A stretch of DNA of 44,082 nucleotides from Pseudomonadota bacterium (GCA_021812315.1 JAKANU010000001.1:1-44082); one strand, 5' to 3'; shown: positions 1-8,252, numbered from the stretch's first letter. Notes: generated by a model from the sequence alone, not told the origin. A program made the numbers and translations.

Positions 1-96
1 CGGTGGAATCGTGATTCGGAATTCATTGAACTACTGTTTGGCCTTCAGCTCCCGCATTGGCGCGGGTTATTCAGATGTTCCTTAGCAATATCTCCT

Positions 97-921
97 ATGG
101 CCAATATCTCCGTCATTATTCTCACAAAAAACGAGCAGCAGGATTTACCCGGCTGTCTGGAGAGCGTTGCGTGGTCGGACGATATTCATGTGTACGACTC
201 GGTTAGCACCGACCGCACGGTCGAAATTGCCGAGCAGTTTGGTGCCAAGGTAACGCCGCGCCCCTTTGACAATTGGGCAGCCCACCAAAACTGGGGCTTA
301 CAAAACATCAAGTTCAAGCACGAGTGGGTTTTTTACATCGATGCCGACGAACGCATGACGCCCGAGCTGGTGCAGGCGGTGCAGGCGGCGGTGGTGTCGC
401 CGGGCGACTTTGTGGCGTTCCGGCTGCAGAGGCGGGATTTCTTTTTGGGCACGTGGCTGAAGCATGTGCAAGCGTCACCGTTCTATATGCGGCTGTTTAA
501 GCCGCAGCACATGCGCTATGAGCGGCTGGTGAACCCCATTTCCATTGCCGATGGCCCGGTGGGCGAAGTGGCGGGTTATTTGGACCACTTCCCGTTCAGC
601 AAGGGCATGGGCCAGTGGGTGGAGCGGCACAACTCCTACAGCCGGTTTGAGGCGCAGCAGATTGTGGAGAACCGTGTCAAGGGCGGGGCGTTCAGCATCG
701 CCAAGGCGTTTACTGCGTCAGATTTTCACGAGCGCCGCTACCACCAGAAAGAGCTGTTTTACCGCCTGCCGGCTCGCCCGCTGGTCAAGTTTTTGCTGCT
801 GTATTTGGGCAAGCTGGGTTTTCTGGACGGGCGCGCCGGTTTTACCTACGCGGTGTTGCAGGCCATTTACGAGTATTTCATTGTGCTGAAGGTGCGCGAG
901 TTGGAGCAGGAGGCGGAATGA
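97..921 (+). CDS. Glycosyltransferase family 2 (WaaE/KdtX-like)
   Basis: N-terminal ISVIILTKNE, YDSVSTDRT and WVFYIDADE (DxD) motifs, and a C-terminal GFLDGRAGF segment typical of this GT2 subgroup. Confidence 0.9.
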   Translation: MANISVIILTKNEQQDLPGCLESVAWSDDIHVYDSVSTDRTVEIAEQFGAKVTPRPFDNWAAHQNWGLQNIKFKHEWVFYIDADERMTPELVQAVQAAVVSPGDFVAFRLQRRDFFLGTWLKHVQASPFYMRLFKPQHMRYERLVNPISIADGPVGEVAGYLDHFPFSKGMGQWVERHNSYSRFEAQQIVENRVKGGAFSIAKAFTASDFHERRYHQKELFYRLPARPLVKFLLLYLGKLGFLDGRAGFTYAVLQAIYEYFIVLKVRELEQEAE

Positions 922-932
922 TTGCCGCGCGA

Positions 933-971
933 AGGTTGTCACTTGACAACCTAACCGATATTTACTATTCT
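933..971 (+). promoter_or_regulatory. Sigma70-like promoter with palindromic operator upstream of the HicA-like pair
   Basis: Perfect inverted repeat AGGTTGTCA-CT-TGACAACCT (933-952) overlapping TTGACA (943-948). TATTCT lies 17 bp downstream (966-971). Confidence 0.65.
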
Positions 972-981
972 GGAGGCTTCA

Positions 982-1266
982 ATGGCTCGTTCGGCGCACC
1001 CCAAGAAGGAGGTTGAAGAAGCGCTCCGCCACGCCGAGGCCAACGGGTGGCGGGTGGAGCAAGGTGGCTCGCATGCATGGGGGCGCATTTACTGCCCCTA
1101 CAACGATGAAGAATGCCGGTGCGGTGAGTTTTGCATTGCCGGCATTTGGAGCACGCCCAAAAATGCTGGCAACCACGCGCGGGCCATTCGGCGGGTAGTA
1201 GACAACTGCAGCACCCACAAGGTGCAGGGCGAAAGCGGCGGCAGTGAGGACCAGATTAAGGAATAG
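982..1266 (+). CDS. Small Cys-rich HicA-like putative toxin
   Basis: 94 aa. EALRHAEANGWRVEQGGSHAW resembles the HicA GW..GSH motif and TP follows later. GGAGG lies upstream. The gene is coupled to a downstream HTH gene. Confidence 0.55.
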   Translation: MARSAHPKKEVEEALRHAEANGWRVEQGGSHAWGRIYCPYNDEECRCGEFCIAGIWSTPKNAGNHARAIRRVVDNCSTHKVQGESGGSEDQIKE

Positions 1267-1268
1267 CA

Positions 1269-1793
1269 ATGGAATACACCTTCACCCTTAAATACCGGCT
1301 GACGCCGGACGACGGCACCCCACACGAAGTGGCCGAACGCCTGGGCGCCGCGGGTTGCACCGATGCGCTGGTGGGCGTGGGCCTAAGCGGGCGGCTGGCG
1401 TTGGAATTTACCCGCGAGGCACCGTCGGCCGAGGCAGCGTTGCTGAGCGCGCTGACCGACGTGAAAACCGCTGTACCCCACGCGCAGCTGATCGAGGCCG
1501 CCCCGGACTTCGTGGGGCTGACCGATGTGGCCGAAGTGGTAGGCGTTACCCGGCAAAACCTGCGCAAGCTGATGCTGGGCTACAGCGCCAACTTTCCGCT
1601 GCCGGTGCACGAGGGCAGCGCCACGGTGTGGCATTTGGCCGACCTGCTGGAGTGGCTCAAGACCCGCGTGGCCTACCAGGTCGAGCCCACCACCCTGGCC
1701 GTGGCCCAGGCCACCAAGCAAATCAACCTGGCCAAGCTGGCCCTGCAAATTGCGCCATCCACCACGCAAGAAGTCCATGCGCTGCTGGTATAA
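1269..1793 (+). CDS. Putative antitoxin / DNA-binding protein with C-terminal AlpA/excisionase-like HTH
   Basis: VGLTDVAEVVGVTRQNLRKL..FPLPV..VWHLADLLEWL is AlpA-like. RBS AAGGA, 2 bp after the upstream stop. Confidence 0.65.
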   Translation: MEYTFTLKYRLTPDDGTPHEVAERLGAAGCTDALVGVGLSGRLALEFTREAPSAEAALLSALTDVKTAVPHAQLIEAAPDFVGLTDVAEVVGVTRQNLRKLMLGYSANFPLPVHEGSATVWHLADLLEWLKTRVAYQVEPTTLAVAQATKQINLAKLALQIAPSTTQEVHALLV

Positions 1794-1843
1794 AAATAGT
1801 AGCACCCCACGCAGGCTGCACGGGCGCTGCAGCCTGATTCGAC
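1787..1843 (+). repeat. ~58 bp dispersed motif, family A (GCTA-N9-TAGC), intergenic copy
   Basis: Colinear with the reverse complement of 4253-4311, including an exact 20-mer GCTGCACGGGCGCTGCAGCC (1815-1834 vs 4264-4283). Confidence 0.8.
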
Positions 1844-1844
1844 T

Positions 1845-3086
1845 ATGAAGATTCTGCAAATCATCCCCACCCTCGACCCCAAGGCGGGCGGCCCGGTAGA
1901 AGGGCTTATCCAGCAGGGTATTGAGATGGAGCGCATGGGCCACGAGCCGCAAACGCTGTGTCTGGATGCGCCTGGTACGCCCATGGACCTGCGGCTGGCG
2001 TCGGCGGCGGTGTATCTGCTGGGGCCTGCTTACCTGAGATATGGCCTGGCGCCGCGGCTGGAGCCCTGGCTGCGCGAGCACGGGCGCAAGTTTGACGTGC
2101 TCATCATCCACGGCATGTGGGGCTACCACGGACTGTGCGCGGCCACGGTGGCGCGGCAGCTGGGCTTGCCGTATGTGATTTTTCTGCACGGCATGCTGGA
2201 CCCGTGGTTTGCCCGCCAGTACCCGCTCAAGCACCTCAAGAAGTGGTTGTATTGGCCGTGGGCAGAGTACCGCACGCTGCGCGATGCGCGGCTGGTGCTG
2301 TTTACCACGGCCGAAGAGCTGCGGCTGGCGCGGCAGTCGTTTTGGCTGTACCGCGCCCGCGAACGGCTGGTGGGCTACGGCATCCGCGAGCGCGAGCTGC
2401 CCCCCGGGCACGCGCGCGAGGCCTTTTTGCAGCGCTTTGCGCACCTGCGGCACACGCGCAACCTGTTGTACTTGTCGCGCATACACCCCAAAAAGGGGTG
2501 CGATTTGCTGATTGCGGCCTTTGCCAAGGTGGCCGCGCAAGACCCGGCGCTGCACCTGGTGCTGGCCGGCCCGGGCGATGCCGACTGGGTGGCGCGGCTG
2601 CAGGCGCAGGCGGCCCAGCTGGGGGTGCAGGCGCGCGTCACGTTTACCGGGATGGTGCAGGGCGAGGCCAAGTGGGGCGCCTACGACGCGGCCGATGCCT
2701 TTGTGCTGCCGTCGCACCAGGAGAACTTTGGTATTGTGGTGGCCGAGGCGCTGGCCTCCGGCGTGCCGGTGCTGACTACCCACCAGGTCAACATCTGGCG
2801 CGAGGTGCAGCAAGGGGGTGCGGGCATAATCCACCCCGACACGCAGGCCGGCGCGGACCAGTTGCTTACCGACTGGCTGGCGCTGGCGCCCGAGCAAAAA
2901 ACTGCCATGAGGGCGCAGGCGCAGCTGTGTTTTCAAAAGCATTTCAAGGTGCAGACGGTGACGCAACATTTGCTGGCCGCCCTGCACGACGCGGTGGCCC
3001 AGAACCCGCCACCGCGACATACGTTTGTGGGTTCGCCGTTCAAAGGGCGGCGCAGTGTAGGAGTGGTTGGTGATGACGGTGTTTAG
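1845..3086 (+). CDS. Glycosyltransferase family 4
   Basis: GGP N-terminal motif, LSRIHPKKG, and LPSHQENFGIVVAEALASGVPV (E-X7-E). The C-terminal tail overlaps the next gene. Confidence 0.92.
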   Translation: MKILQIIPTLDPKAGGPVEGLIQQGIEMERMGHEPQTLCLDAPGTPMDLRLASAAVYLLGPAYLRYGLAPRLEPWLREHGRKFDVLIIHGMWGYHGLCAATVARQLGLPYVIFLHGMLDPWFARQYPLKHLKKWLYWPWAEYRTLRDARLVLFTTAEELRLARQSFWLYRARERLVGYGIRERELPPGHAREAFLQRFAHLRHTRNLLYLSRIHPKKGCDLLIAAFAKVAAQDPALHLVLAGPGDADWVARLQAQAAQLGVQARVTFTGMVQGEAKWGAYDAADAFVLPSHQENFGIVVAEALASGVPVLTTHQVNIWREVQQGGAGIIHPDTQAGADQLLTDWLALAPEQKTAMRAQAQLCFQKHFKVQTVTQHLLAALHDAVAQNPPPRHTFVGSPFKGRRSVGVVGDDGV

Positions 3087-3426
3087 GCGTAACGCCTCGA
3101 TGTGGGCTTATGTAGCTTTGTCGCTGGGTATAGCGGCGTTGGACACCTGGCGCGGCGTGCGCTTTAGCCTGTGGGCGCTGCACTTTGTGCCTATGGGGTT
3201 GGCGGCCTGGAACCTGGGTGCAAAGGCTGGCTGCACCATGGCCGGGCTTGCCGTAGGCCTGCTGTGTGCCGAGGCGTTTTGGGCCGGGCACCCGTACAGC
3301 AGCGTTTACAACCTGGCGTGGTCTTATGCCTCCAAGGCCGTGGCGTATGCGTTGGTGGTGTACTTTGTAAGTGCCCTGCGCAAGAAGGAAGTGGTTCGTG
3401 CCTATGTGCCGCCGCGTGGCAGTTAG
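3073..3426 (+). CDS. Small multi-pass membrane protein (DUF4118-like sensor-type TM bundle, tentative)
   Basis: About 3-4 hydrophobic segments. AGGAG at 3059-3063 precedes ATG 3073. Confidence 0.55.
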   Translation: MTVFRRNASMWAYVALSLGIAALDTWRGVRFSLWALHFVPMGLAAWNLGAKAGCTMAGLAVGLLCAEAFWAGHPYSSVYNLAWSYASKAVAYALVVYFVSALRKKEVVRAYVPPRGS

Positions 3427-3429
3427 TTC

Positions 3430-3485
3430 GCTACATATTTGCTAGCAGCCAACGCAAGCTGCACAACGGTTGGCCGATGATTTTC
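3430..3485 (+). repeat. Family A motif, intergenic copy
   Basis: GCTACATATTTGCTAGCAGCCAACGCAAGCTGCAC is colinear with the other family A copies. Confidence 0.7.
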
Positions 3486-3487
3486 TT

Positions 3488-4768
3488 ATGAAGATCCTGC
3501 TCTGCGGCATCAACTTCGCGCCGGAGCTGACCGGCATCGGCAAATACACTGGCGAGTTGGCGGCGTGGTTGGCCGCGCGGGGGCATGCGGTGCGCGTGGT
3601 CACTGCCCCGCCGTATTACCCGGCCTGGGCAGTCAGCGCTGGCTACAGCGCCAGCACGTGGCGCACCGAGCGCTGGCAGGGCGTGCAGGTGCTGCGCTGC
3701 CCGCTGTGGGTGCCGCGCCAGCCTGGTGGCATTAAGCGGCTGTTGCACCTGGCCAGCTTTGCCTTGAGCTCTTTACCGGTGCTGCTGCGTCAGGTTTTTT
3801 GGCGGCCCGATGTGGTGTGGGTGGTGGAGCCTGCGCTGTTTTGTGCGCCCACTGCGCTGGCGGTAGCGCGGCTGTGTGGCGCCAAGGCCTGGCTGCATGT
3901 ACAGGACTTTGAGGTTGATGCGGCGTTTGACTTGGGTCTGCTGCGCGGTGCTTGGCTGCGCCGCGTGGTGACGGGGGCCGAGCGCTGGCTGATGCGAGGG
4001 TTTGACGTGGTGTCAACTATTTCGCAGAGGATGCATCAGCGGCTGCTGGACAAGGGGGTGGATGCTGCAAAGGCAAGGCTCGCGGTGAACTGGGTGGACT
4101 TGGCGGCTTTCGCCGCTGGGGCACATGGATTGCCGCGCTACGCTCGCAATGACGGGTACCGGGCTGAGCTGGGCATTGCGCCTGATGCGGTGGTGGCGCT
4201 TTACAGCGGCAACATGGGTGGCAAGCAGGGCCTGGAAATTCTTGCGGAAATTGCATCAAATATGGCTGCAGCGCCCGTGCAGCAAGCGCAGGCTGCTACT
4301 GATTCCGTAGCGGTCGATTTTGTATTTTGTGGCGACGGTGTTGGACGTGCTGACTTGGTCAGGCGCTGCAAGGGCTTGCCCAATGTTCGCTTTCTGGATC
4401 TGCAACCGACCGAGCGGTTGCCAGACTTGCTGGCGATGGCCGACATCCACCTGCTACCCCAGCGCGCCGACGCGGCCGATTTGGTGATGCCCAGCAAGCT
4501 CACAGGCATGCTGGCCAGCGCTCGCCCGGTGGTGGCCACCGCCCATGAGGGCACGGAGCTGGCAACGGTGGTGCAAAACTGTGGTGTGGTGGTGCCACCC
4601 GAAGACCCCGCTGCGTTTGCCAAGGCGGTGCGCGCCCTGGCCGCAGACCCGGCGCTGCGCCAACGCCTGGGTGCCGCTGGCTACGTGTATGCCCAGACGC
4701 ACCTGGACCGGGAGGCGGTGTTGGGGCGGTTTGAGACGGATGTGCTGGGGCTGCTTGGAGGCCAATAG
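3488..4768 (+). CDS. wcaI: Colanic-acid-type glycosyltransferase WcaI (GT4)
   Basis: MKILLCGINFAPELTGIGKYTGE, APPYYPAW, RCPLWVP and AADLVMPSKLTGMLAS are WcaI signature segments. Confidence 0.9.
   Translation: MKILLCGINFAPELTGIGKYTGELAAWLAARGHAVRVVTAPPYYPAWAVSAGYSASTWRTERWQGVQVLRCPLWVPRQPGGIKRLLHLASFALSSLPVLLRQVFWRPDVVWVVEPALFCAPTALAVARLCGAKAWLHVQDFEVDAAFDLGLLRGAWLRRVVTGAERWLMRGFDVVSTISQRMHQRLLDKGVDAAKARLAVNWVDLAAFAAGAHGLPRYARNDGYRAELGIAPDAVVALYSGNMGGKQGLEILAEIASNMAAAPVQQAQAATDSVAVDFVFCGDGVGRADLVRRCKGLPNVRFLDLQPTERLPDLLAMADIHLLPQRADAADLVMPSKLTGMLASARPVVATAHEGTELATVVQNCGVVVPPEDPAAFAKAVRALAADPALRQRLGAAGYVYAQTHLDREAVLGRFETDVLGLLGGQ
4125..4154 (-). repeat. CGTC-type REP half-element (family B), in frame inside wcaI
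   Basis: ATGGATTGCCGCGCTACGCTCGCAATGACG matches 20290-20324 and translates as HGLPRYARND. Confidence 0.75.
4253..4311 (-). repeat. Family A motif, in frame inside wcaI
   Basis: GCTA-N9-TAGC at 4295-4311. Its reverse complement aligns with 1787-1843. It encodes ASNMAAAPVQQAQAATDSVA. Confidence 0.8.
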
Positions 4769-4817
4769 TTCGTCGTCCCTGAAAAGCCCCCACAACCCGC
4801 ATAAACATTGAGTTGTA

Positions 4818-5024
4818 GTGGTGAAAAGCGCCAAACAAGACGGCCCACAAGACATTACGGTGCATGGCAAATCGGTGGCCGTCGTGCTGTCACGCGATTT
4901 GTTTGATCAGCTCAGTGGCAATTCGCAATCCCTGGTGGAGTTCATGCAGCGCTCCCCCTTGTTTGGCCTGGATGACCTGACTTTCGAGCGCGATCAAAGT
5001 TTGACGCGTGAGCTCGGTCTTTGA
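4818..5024 (+). pseudogene. Phd/YefM antitoxin, N-terminally truncated
   Basis: VVKSAKQDGPQDITVHGKSVAVV is the Phd core. The usual N-terminal xEAKxxLS segment and an RBS are absent. Confidence 0.7.
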
Positions 5025-5225
5025 GTTATCTGATTGATACCAATGTGATTTCTGAGTTGCGTCGCAAGCAGCCAGAAATTCGAAAAGGCATTGCAACCGT
5101 GGGCGATGCCAGCCATCGACAGTTTGTTGGTCGCGACGGCTCTGCATCACAACCTGAGCTTGGTCACCCGCAATGTGCGTGACTTTGCAGGCTTTGGTTT
5201 GAACATCATCAATCCGTGGGATTAA
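5021..5225 (+). pseudogene. vapC: VapC (PIN) toxin pseudogene with internal deletions and a frameshift
   Basis: TTG start overlaps the antitoxin stop. It reads MSYLIDTNVISELRRKQP|EIRKGI, then continues in another frame as MPAIDSLLVATALHHNLSLVTRNVRDFAGFGLNIINPWD*. Total length is only 205 nt. Confidence 0.85.
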
Positions 5226-5234
5226 ATCAAGGTA

Positions 5235-5255
5235 ATTAAGGGGGCGCTACCCTTT
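5235..5255 (+). repeat. Short palindromic junction site, family C
   Basis: ATTAAGGGGGCGCTACCCTTT resembles 6176-6197 and 7770-7791. Confidence 0.55.
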
Positions 5256-5295
5256 GTGGGTAAGCATGCCGGCCCTCTGCCCGCATAATGCAGGC

Positions 5296-5598
5296 ATGCG
5301 ACTAAGCACTGATCAAATCCAGGCAATACGCCATGCTGCCACGGCAGCTTTTGGTGTGGACGCTGCGGTGTGGCTATTCGGCTCGCGCGTGGACGACGGC
5401 AAAAAAGGCGGCGACATTGACCTGCTCGTGCGCCCCAGCGCCGCTGCGGCAGACCAGCCATTTGCCAAGAAAGTCAAAATGCTCAGCCTGCTGGAGCGCG
5501 AACTCGGCGAGCGCAAGATTGACCTTGTCGTTGAACAGCCCGGCGACCCCCGATCCATTGTGATGGTGGCTCATGCCACCGGCATCCAAATCCAATGA
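5296..5598 (+). CDS. Minimal nucleotidyltransferase (MNT) antitoxin
   Basis: MRLSTDQ start, VWLFGSRVDDGKKGGDIDLLV (GS..DxD) and KIDLVV. About 100 aa. Confidence 0.88.
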   Translation: MRLSTDQIQAIRHAATAAFGVDAAVWLFGSRVDDGKKGGDIDLLVRPSAAAADQPFAKKVKMLSLLERELGERKIDLVVEQPGDPRSIVMVAHATGIQIQ

Positions 5599-6068
5599 AG
5601 CCCACGCCAGACCAACTGGCACTGCAGCAAATCGACGCCGTGTGCCAAACCCACGCTGAGACGCTTGACGAAGTCCTGCAGGATATGCATAGGCGTGCGC
5701 TCACGCTTGCCGACTACAGCCATCTGTCCAAAGAAGACCGCCGTTTGCTCGACCAGTTTGCCTACCGCTACACCCGGCTACAAGACGACATCGGTGCCCG
5801 GCTGATGCCCGCGGTGCTCAAAGCCCTGGGCGAAGACGTTGGCCCCATGTCTGCCATCGACCGCTTTACCCGCCTTGAACAACTCGGCTGGCTGAGCAGC
5901 GCAGACGAATGGCTTGCCACGCGGCAAGTGGGCAACCAGTTTGCCCACGACTACCCCGACAGCGCCGCAGAACGGTTTGATCGCCTGCAAGCCGCCACCC
6001 AGGCTGCGCGCCAATTGCTGACCACGATGCACCAATTCAGAAGCAAACTGGCGTCAGACTTCAACTAA
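5595..6068 (+). CDS. HEPN-domain toxin partner of the MNT (catalytic R replaced by G)
   Basis: ATGA overlap with the MNT gene. DQFAYRYTRLQD segment. GNQFAHDY sits where RX4HXY is expected. Confidence 0.8.
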   Translation: MKPTPDQLALQQIDAVCQTHAETLDEVLQDMHRRALTLADYSHLSKEDRRLLDQFAYRYTRLQDDIGARLMPAVLKALGEDVGPMSAIDRFTRLEQLGWLSSADEWLATRQVGNQFAHDYPDSAAERFDRLQAATQAARQLLTTMHQFRSKLASDFN

Positions 6069-6127
6069 CCGAAGAGGCGCGAAAAAAGCAGCCACTCTTG
6101 TCTGTCCCCCTTCCTTGCGGGGACCAC

Positions 6128-6176
6128 GATGCTATTGAATAGATAGCTGCCCACGAAGGCTGCATGGGCACTAAAC
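6128..6176 (+). repeat. Family A motif, intergenic copy truncated at a family C site
   Basis: GATGCTATTGAATAGATAGC is 18/20 identical to the reverse complement of 38158-38177. It continues GGCTGCATGGGCACT like the 1787 copy. Confidence 0.75.
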
Positions 6177-6197
6177 ATTAAAGGGGACGTTACCCAT
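6176..6197 (+). repeat. Family C site, left of the Fic gene
   Basis: CATTAAAGGGGACGTTACCC is 18/20 identical to 7770-7789 in direct orientation. Confidence 0.7.
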
Positions 6198-6285
6198 TTA
6201 TTGAGGCGCACGTTTTTGACCTGATCGAGCCGAATATCAATTTACGCGACAATACGAAGCCGTTAACACCAGTAAAAACGACAAA

Positions 6286-7836
6286 ATGGCCATGGTCAAA
6301 AAATTAGAAGCCAAAAACACGACAAGACGGGACAACTCCCTCTTGCTTTACGCGGAGATGGACAGCGCCCAGGTGCGCGCCGTTCAGCGCAGGCTTCAAT
6401 TGGGCGAGCTTGCGCTTATTGCCAAAGGTATCGCGTCCGACCGCCCACCTGAAGAATGGCCCGCCCTGATTGCCCGCGAGCGTATTCGCGTGCTGGCAGC
6501 TTTGTTTGCAGGTGCCGTCTATGGCTACCGAAGCGCCTTTTCTGGGGGCTTGCCCCAGGACGGCTTGCTGTACCTGAGCTACACCTATAGCCGCACCGTG
6601 GCGCTGCCGGGCTTGACGGTGAGCGTTCTCAAGGGTGCGCCCAGGCAAGTGGGCGATATGCCCATGCAGGGCAAAGATCTGTATTTCCCATCGGAGCCCC
6701 GGCTTTTACTGGAAAACCTGACCCAGAGCCGTGGACCGGTAAAGAAGTCTGCAGGCCGCCAGGCTGTGGAAGCACGCTTGCTCAGCATTTGCGACTCGCG
6801 TGGAGAGGAGTCCTTGTCACGTTTGCGGGAGACTGCCCGAGCCTTGGCTCCTGCTTTGGGTTTTAACAAGGAATTCAACCTGCTTGATGCCATGGTGGGA
6901 AGCATCATCGGATCACGCGTATCGCAGCTCAGCACCCAGTTTGGCAAAGCGCGCACCGCCCAGATACCCTATGACCCAGATCGGCTTGCTTTGTTTGAAA
7001 AGCTGGCTGCCGAGTTACGCGCATGGCCACTGCGTCAACCAGCCAACGTCACTGCCACCAGTCAGGCGCGCGCGCACTTCGCATTTTTGGAATCCTATTT
7101 TTCCAACTTCATCGAAGGAACCGAGTTTGATATTCAGGACGCACGGGGTTTTGTGCTGGACGGCAAGCCCATTGAGGTGCGCCCTAAAGATTCGCATGAC
7201 ATCATCGGCGTCTACAGGCAGGCCCTCAACCCTGGCTGGGCCAACCAGGTGCTCGCTTCTGGTGAGCCGGTTGAGGTTCAATTGCGATCACGCCATGCAG
7301 ACCAGATGGCTGAGCGCCCCGAAACAGCCCCTGGTGAATTCAAGGTTAAAGCCAATCGCGCAGGCAATACCGAGTTTGTCCTGCCAAAGCTGGTTCGGGG
7401 CACGCTCATCGAGGGCTCCAAGCTGTTGCCATCGGTTCCCGCTGGAACAGGGCGTGCCTTGCTGGCCATGTTTTTGGTGTCCGAGGTTCACCCGTTCAAT
7501 GATGGCAATGGTAGGCTGGCCCGATTGGTGATGAACGCCGAGCTTTCCGTGGTTGGTGCGTGTCGCATCATTATTCCAACCCTGTTTCGCGAGGAATACC
7601 TGGACAGTCTGAGAGCGCTCACGCGGGACGCAAACCCCACCCCTTTTGTCGCCGCCATGCAGAAAATCCAAGGCTGGACAGCGGGGTTCAACTACTCCGA
7701 CCTGGATGCGGTCATTGCCCACATGAAAGCCTGCAACGCATTTGAGCGTTCGCGGGTGCAATTTGAGCTCATTAATGGGGACGCTACCCTTCTTCTTGGA
7801 AACATGGGTAGTAAGCAGGGTCTTGATACCATGTAA
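6286..7836 (+). CDS. Fic-domain protein with large N-terminal extension
   Basis: Canonical HPFNDGNGRLAR motif, and the inhibitory (S/T)xxxE(G/N) motif SNFIEG upstream of it. Confidence 0.9.
   Translation: MAMVKKLEAKNTTRRDNSLLLYAEMDSAQVRAVQRRLQLGELALIAKGIASDRPPEEWPALIARERIRVLAALFAGAVYGYRSAFSGGLPQDGLLYLSYTYSRTVALPGLTVSVLKGAPRQVGDMPMQGKDLYFPSEPRLLLENLTQSRGPVKKSAGRQAVEARLLSICDSRGEESLSRLRETARALAPALGFNKEFNLLDAMVGSIIGSRVSQLSTQFGKARTAQIPYDPDRLALFEKLAAELRAWPLRQPANVTATSQARAHFAFLESYFSNFIEGTEFDIQDARGFVLDGKPIEVRPKDSHDIIGVYRQALNPGWANQVLASGEPVEVQLRSRHADQMAERPETAPGEFKVKANRAGNTEFVLPKLVRGTLIEGSKLLPSVPAGTGRALLAMFLVSEVHPFNDGNGRLARLVMNAELSVVGACRIIIPTLFREEYLDSLRALTRDANPTPFVAAMQKIQGWTAGFNYSDLDAVIAHMKACNAFERSRVQFELINGDATLLLGNMGSKQGLDTM
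7770..7791 (+). repeat. Family C site, inside the 3' end of the Fic ORF
   Basis: CATTAATGGGGACGCTACCCTT is a direct repeat of 6176-6197. Confidence 0.7.
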
Positions 7837-7838
7837 CC

Positions 7839-8252
7839 ATGACTGATCGACTGGCCAAAAACTTGTTGCTGTTGCAACTGTTGGCGTTGTTGGCAGGCAC
7901 GCAGATGCCGGGGGCTTGGCGTGCCGCAGCATTGACAGAGCTGGGCCTGGGCGGTGGCATATCGTCGTGGGCGCATTTTGTCTTGTTTGGCGGTATGGCC
8001 GCCTTGGCCTACGCCCGGCCGCTGGCCTGGCCGCTGGTGCGGGTGGTATTGGTGGCGTTGGGGCTGGCTTTGCTGACCGAGGGGCTACAGTTTTTTGCAC
8101 AAGACCGGCACCCGCGTTGGCTGGATGTTGATATCGACATGGCCGGCGCTGCGGCCGGGTTGCTGGTGGTGACCCTCGCCCGCATGGCCCGGGCTCTGCG
8201 CGCGCGCCTGAAGTTTGTACTGAAATCTGCCCCCTATGACGCAAGCGACTGA
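7839..8252 (+). CDS. VanZ family membrane protein
   Basis: AHFVLFGGMA and TEGLQFFAQDRHPRWLDV follow the VanZ pattern H..E..Q..R..D. Hydrophobic helices. Confidence 0.8.
   Translation: MTDRLAKNLLLLQLLALLAGTQMPGAWRAAALTELGLGGGISSWAHFVLFGGMAALAYARPLAWPLVRVVLVALGLALLTEGLQFFAQDRHPRWLDVDIDMAGAAAGLLVVTLARMARALRARLKFVLKSAPYDASD

Noticed and set aside
1-96. End of an upstream gene or an N-terminal extension of the GT2
   Set aside because: Too little sequence and no recognisable motif.
920-930. GATTGCCGCGC matching the family B REP at the left edge of the HicA-like cassette
   Set aside because: Only 11 bp in GC-rich DNA, so it could be chance.
4780-4818. Possible truncated family A copy before the Phd remnant
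   Set aside because: It lacks the GCTA-N9-TAGC core and the similarity is too weak to call by eye.
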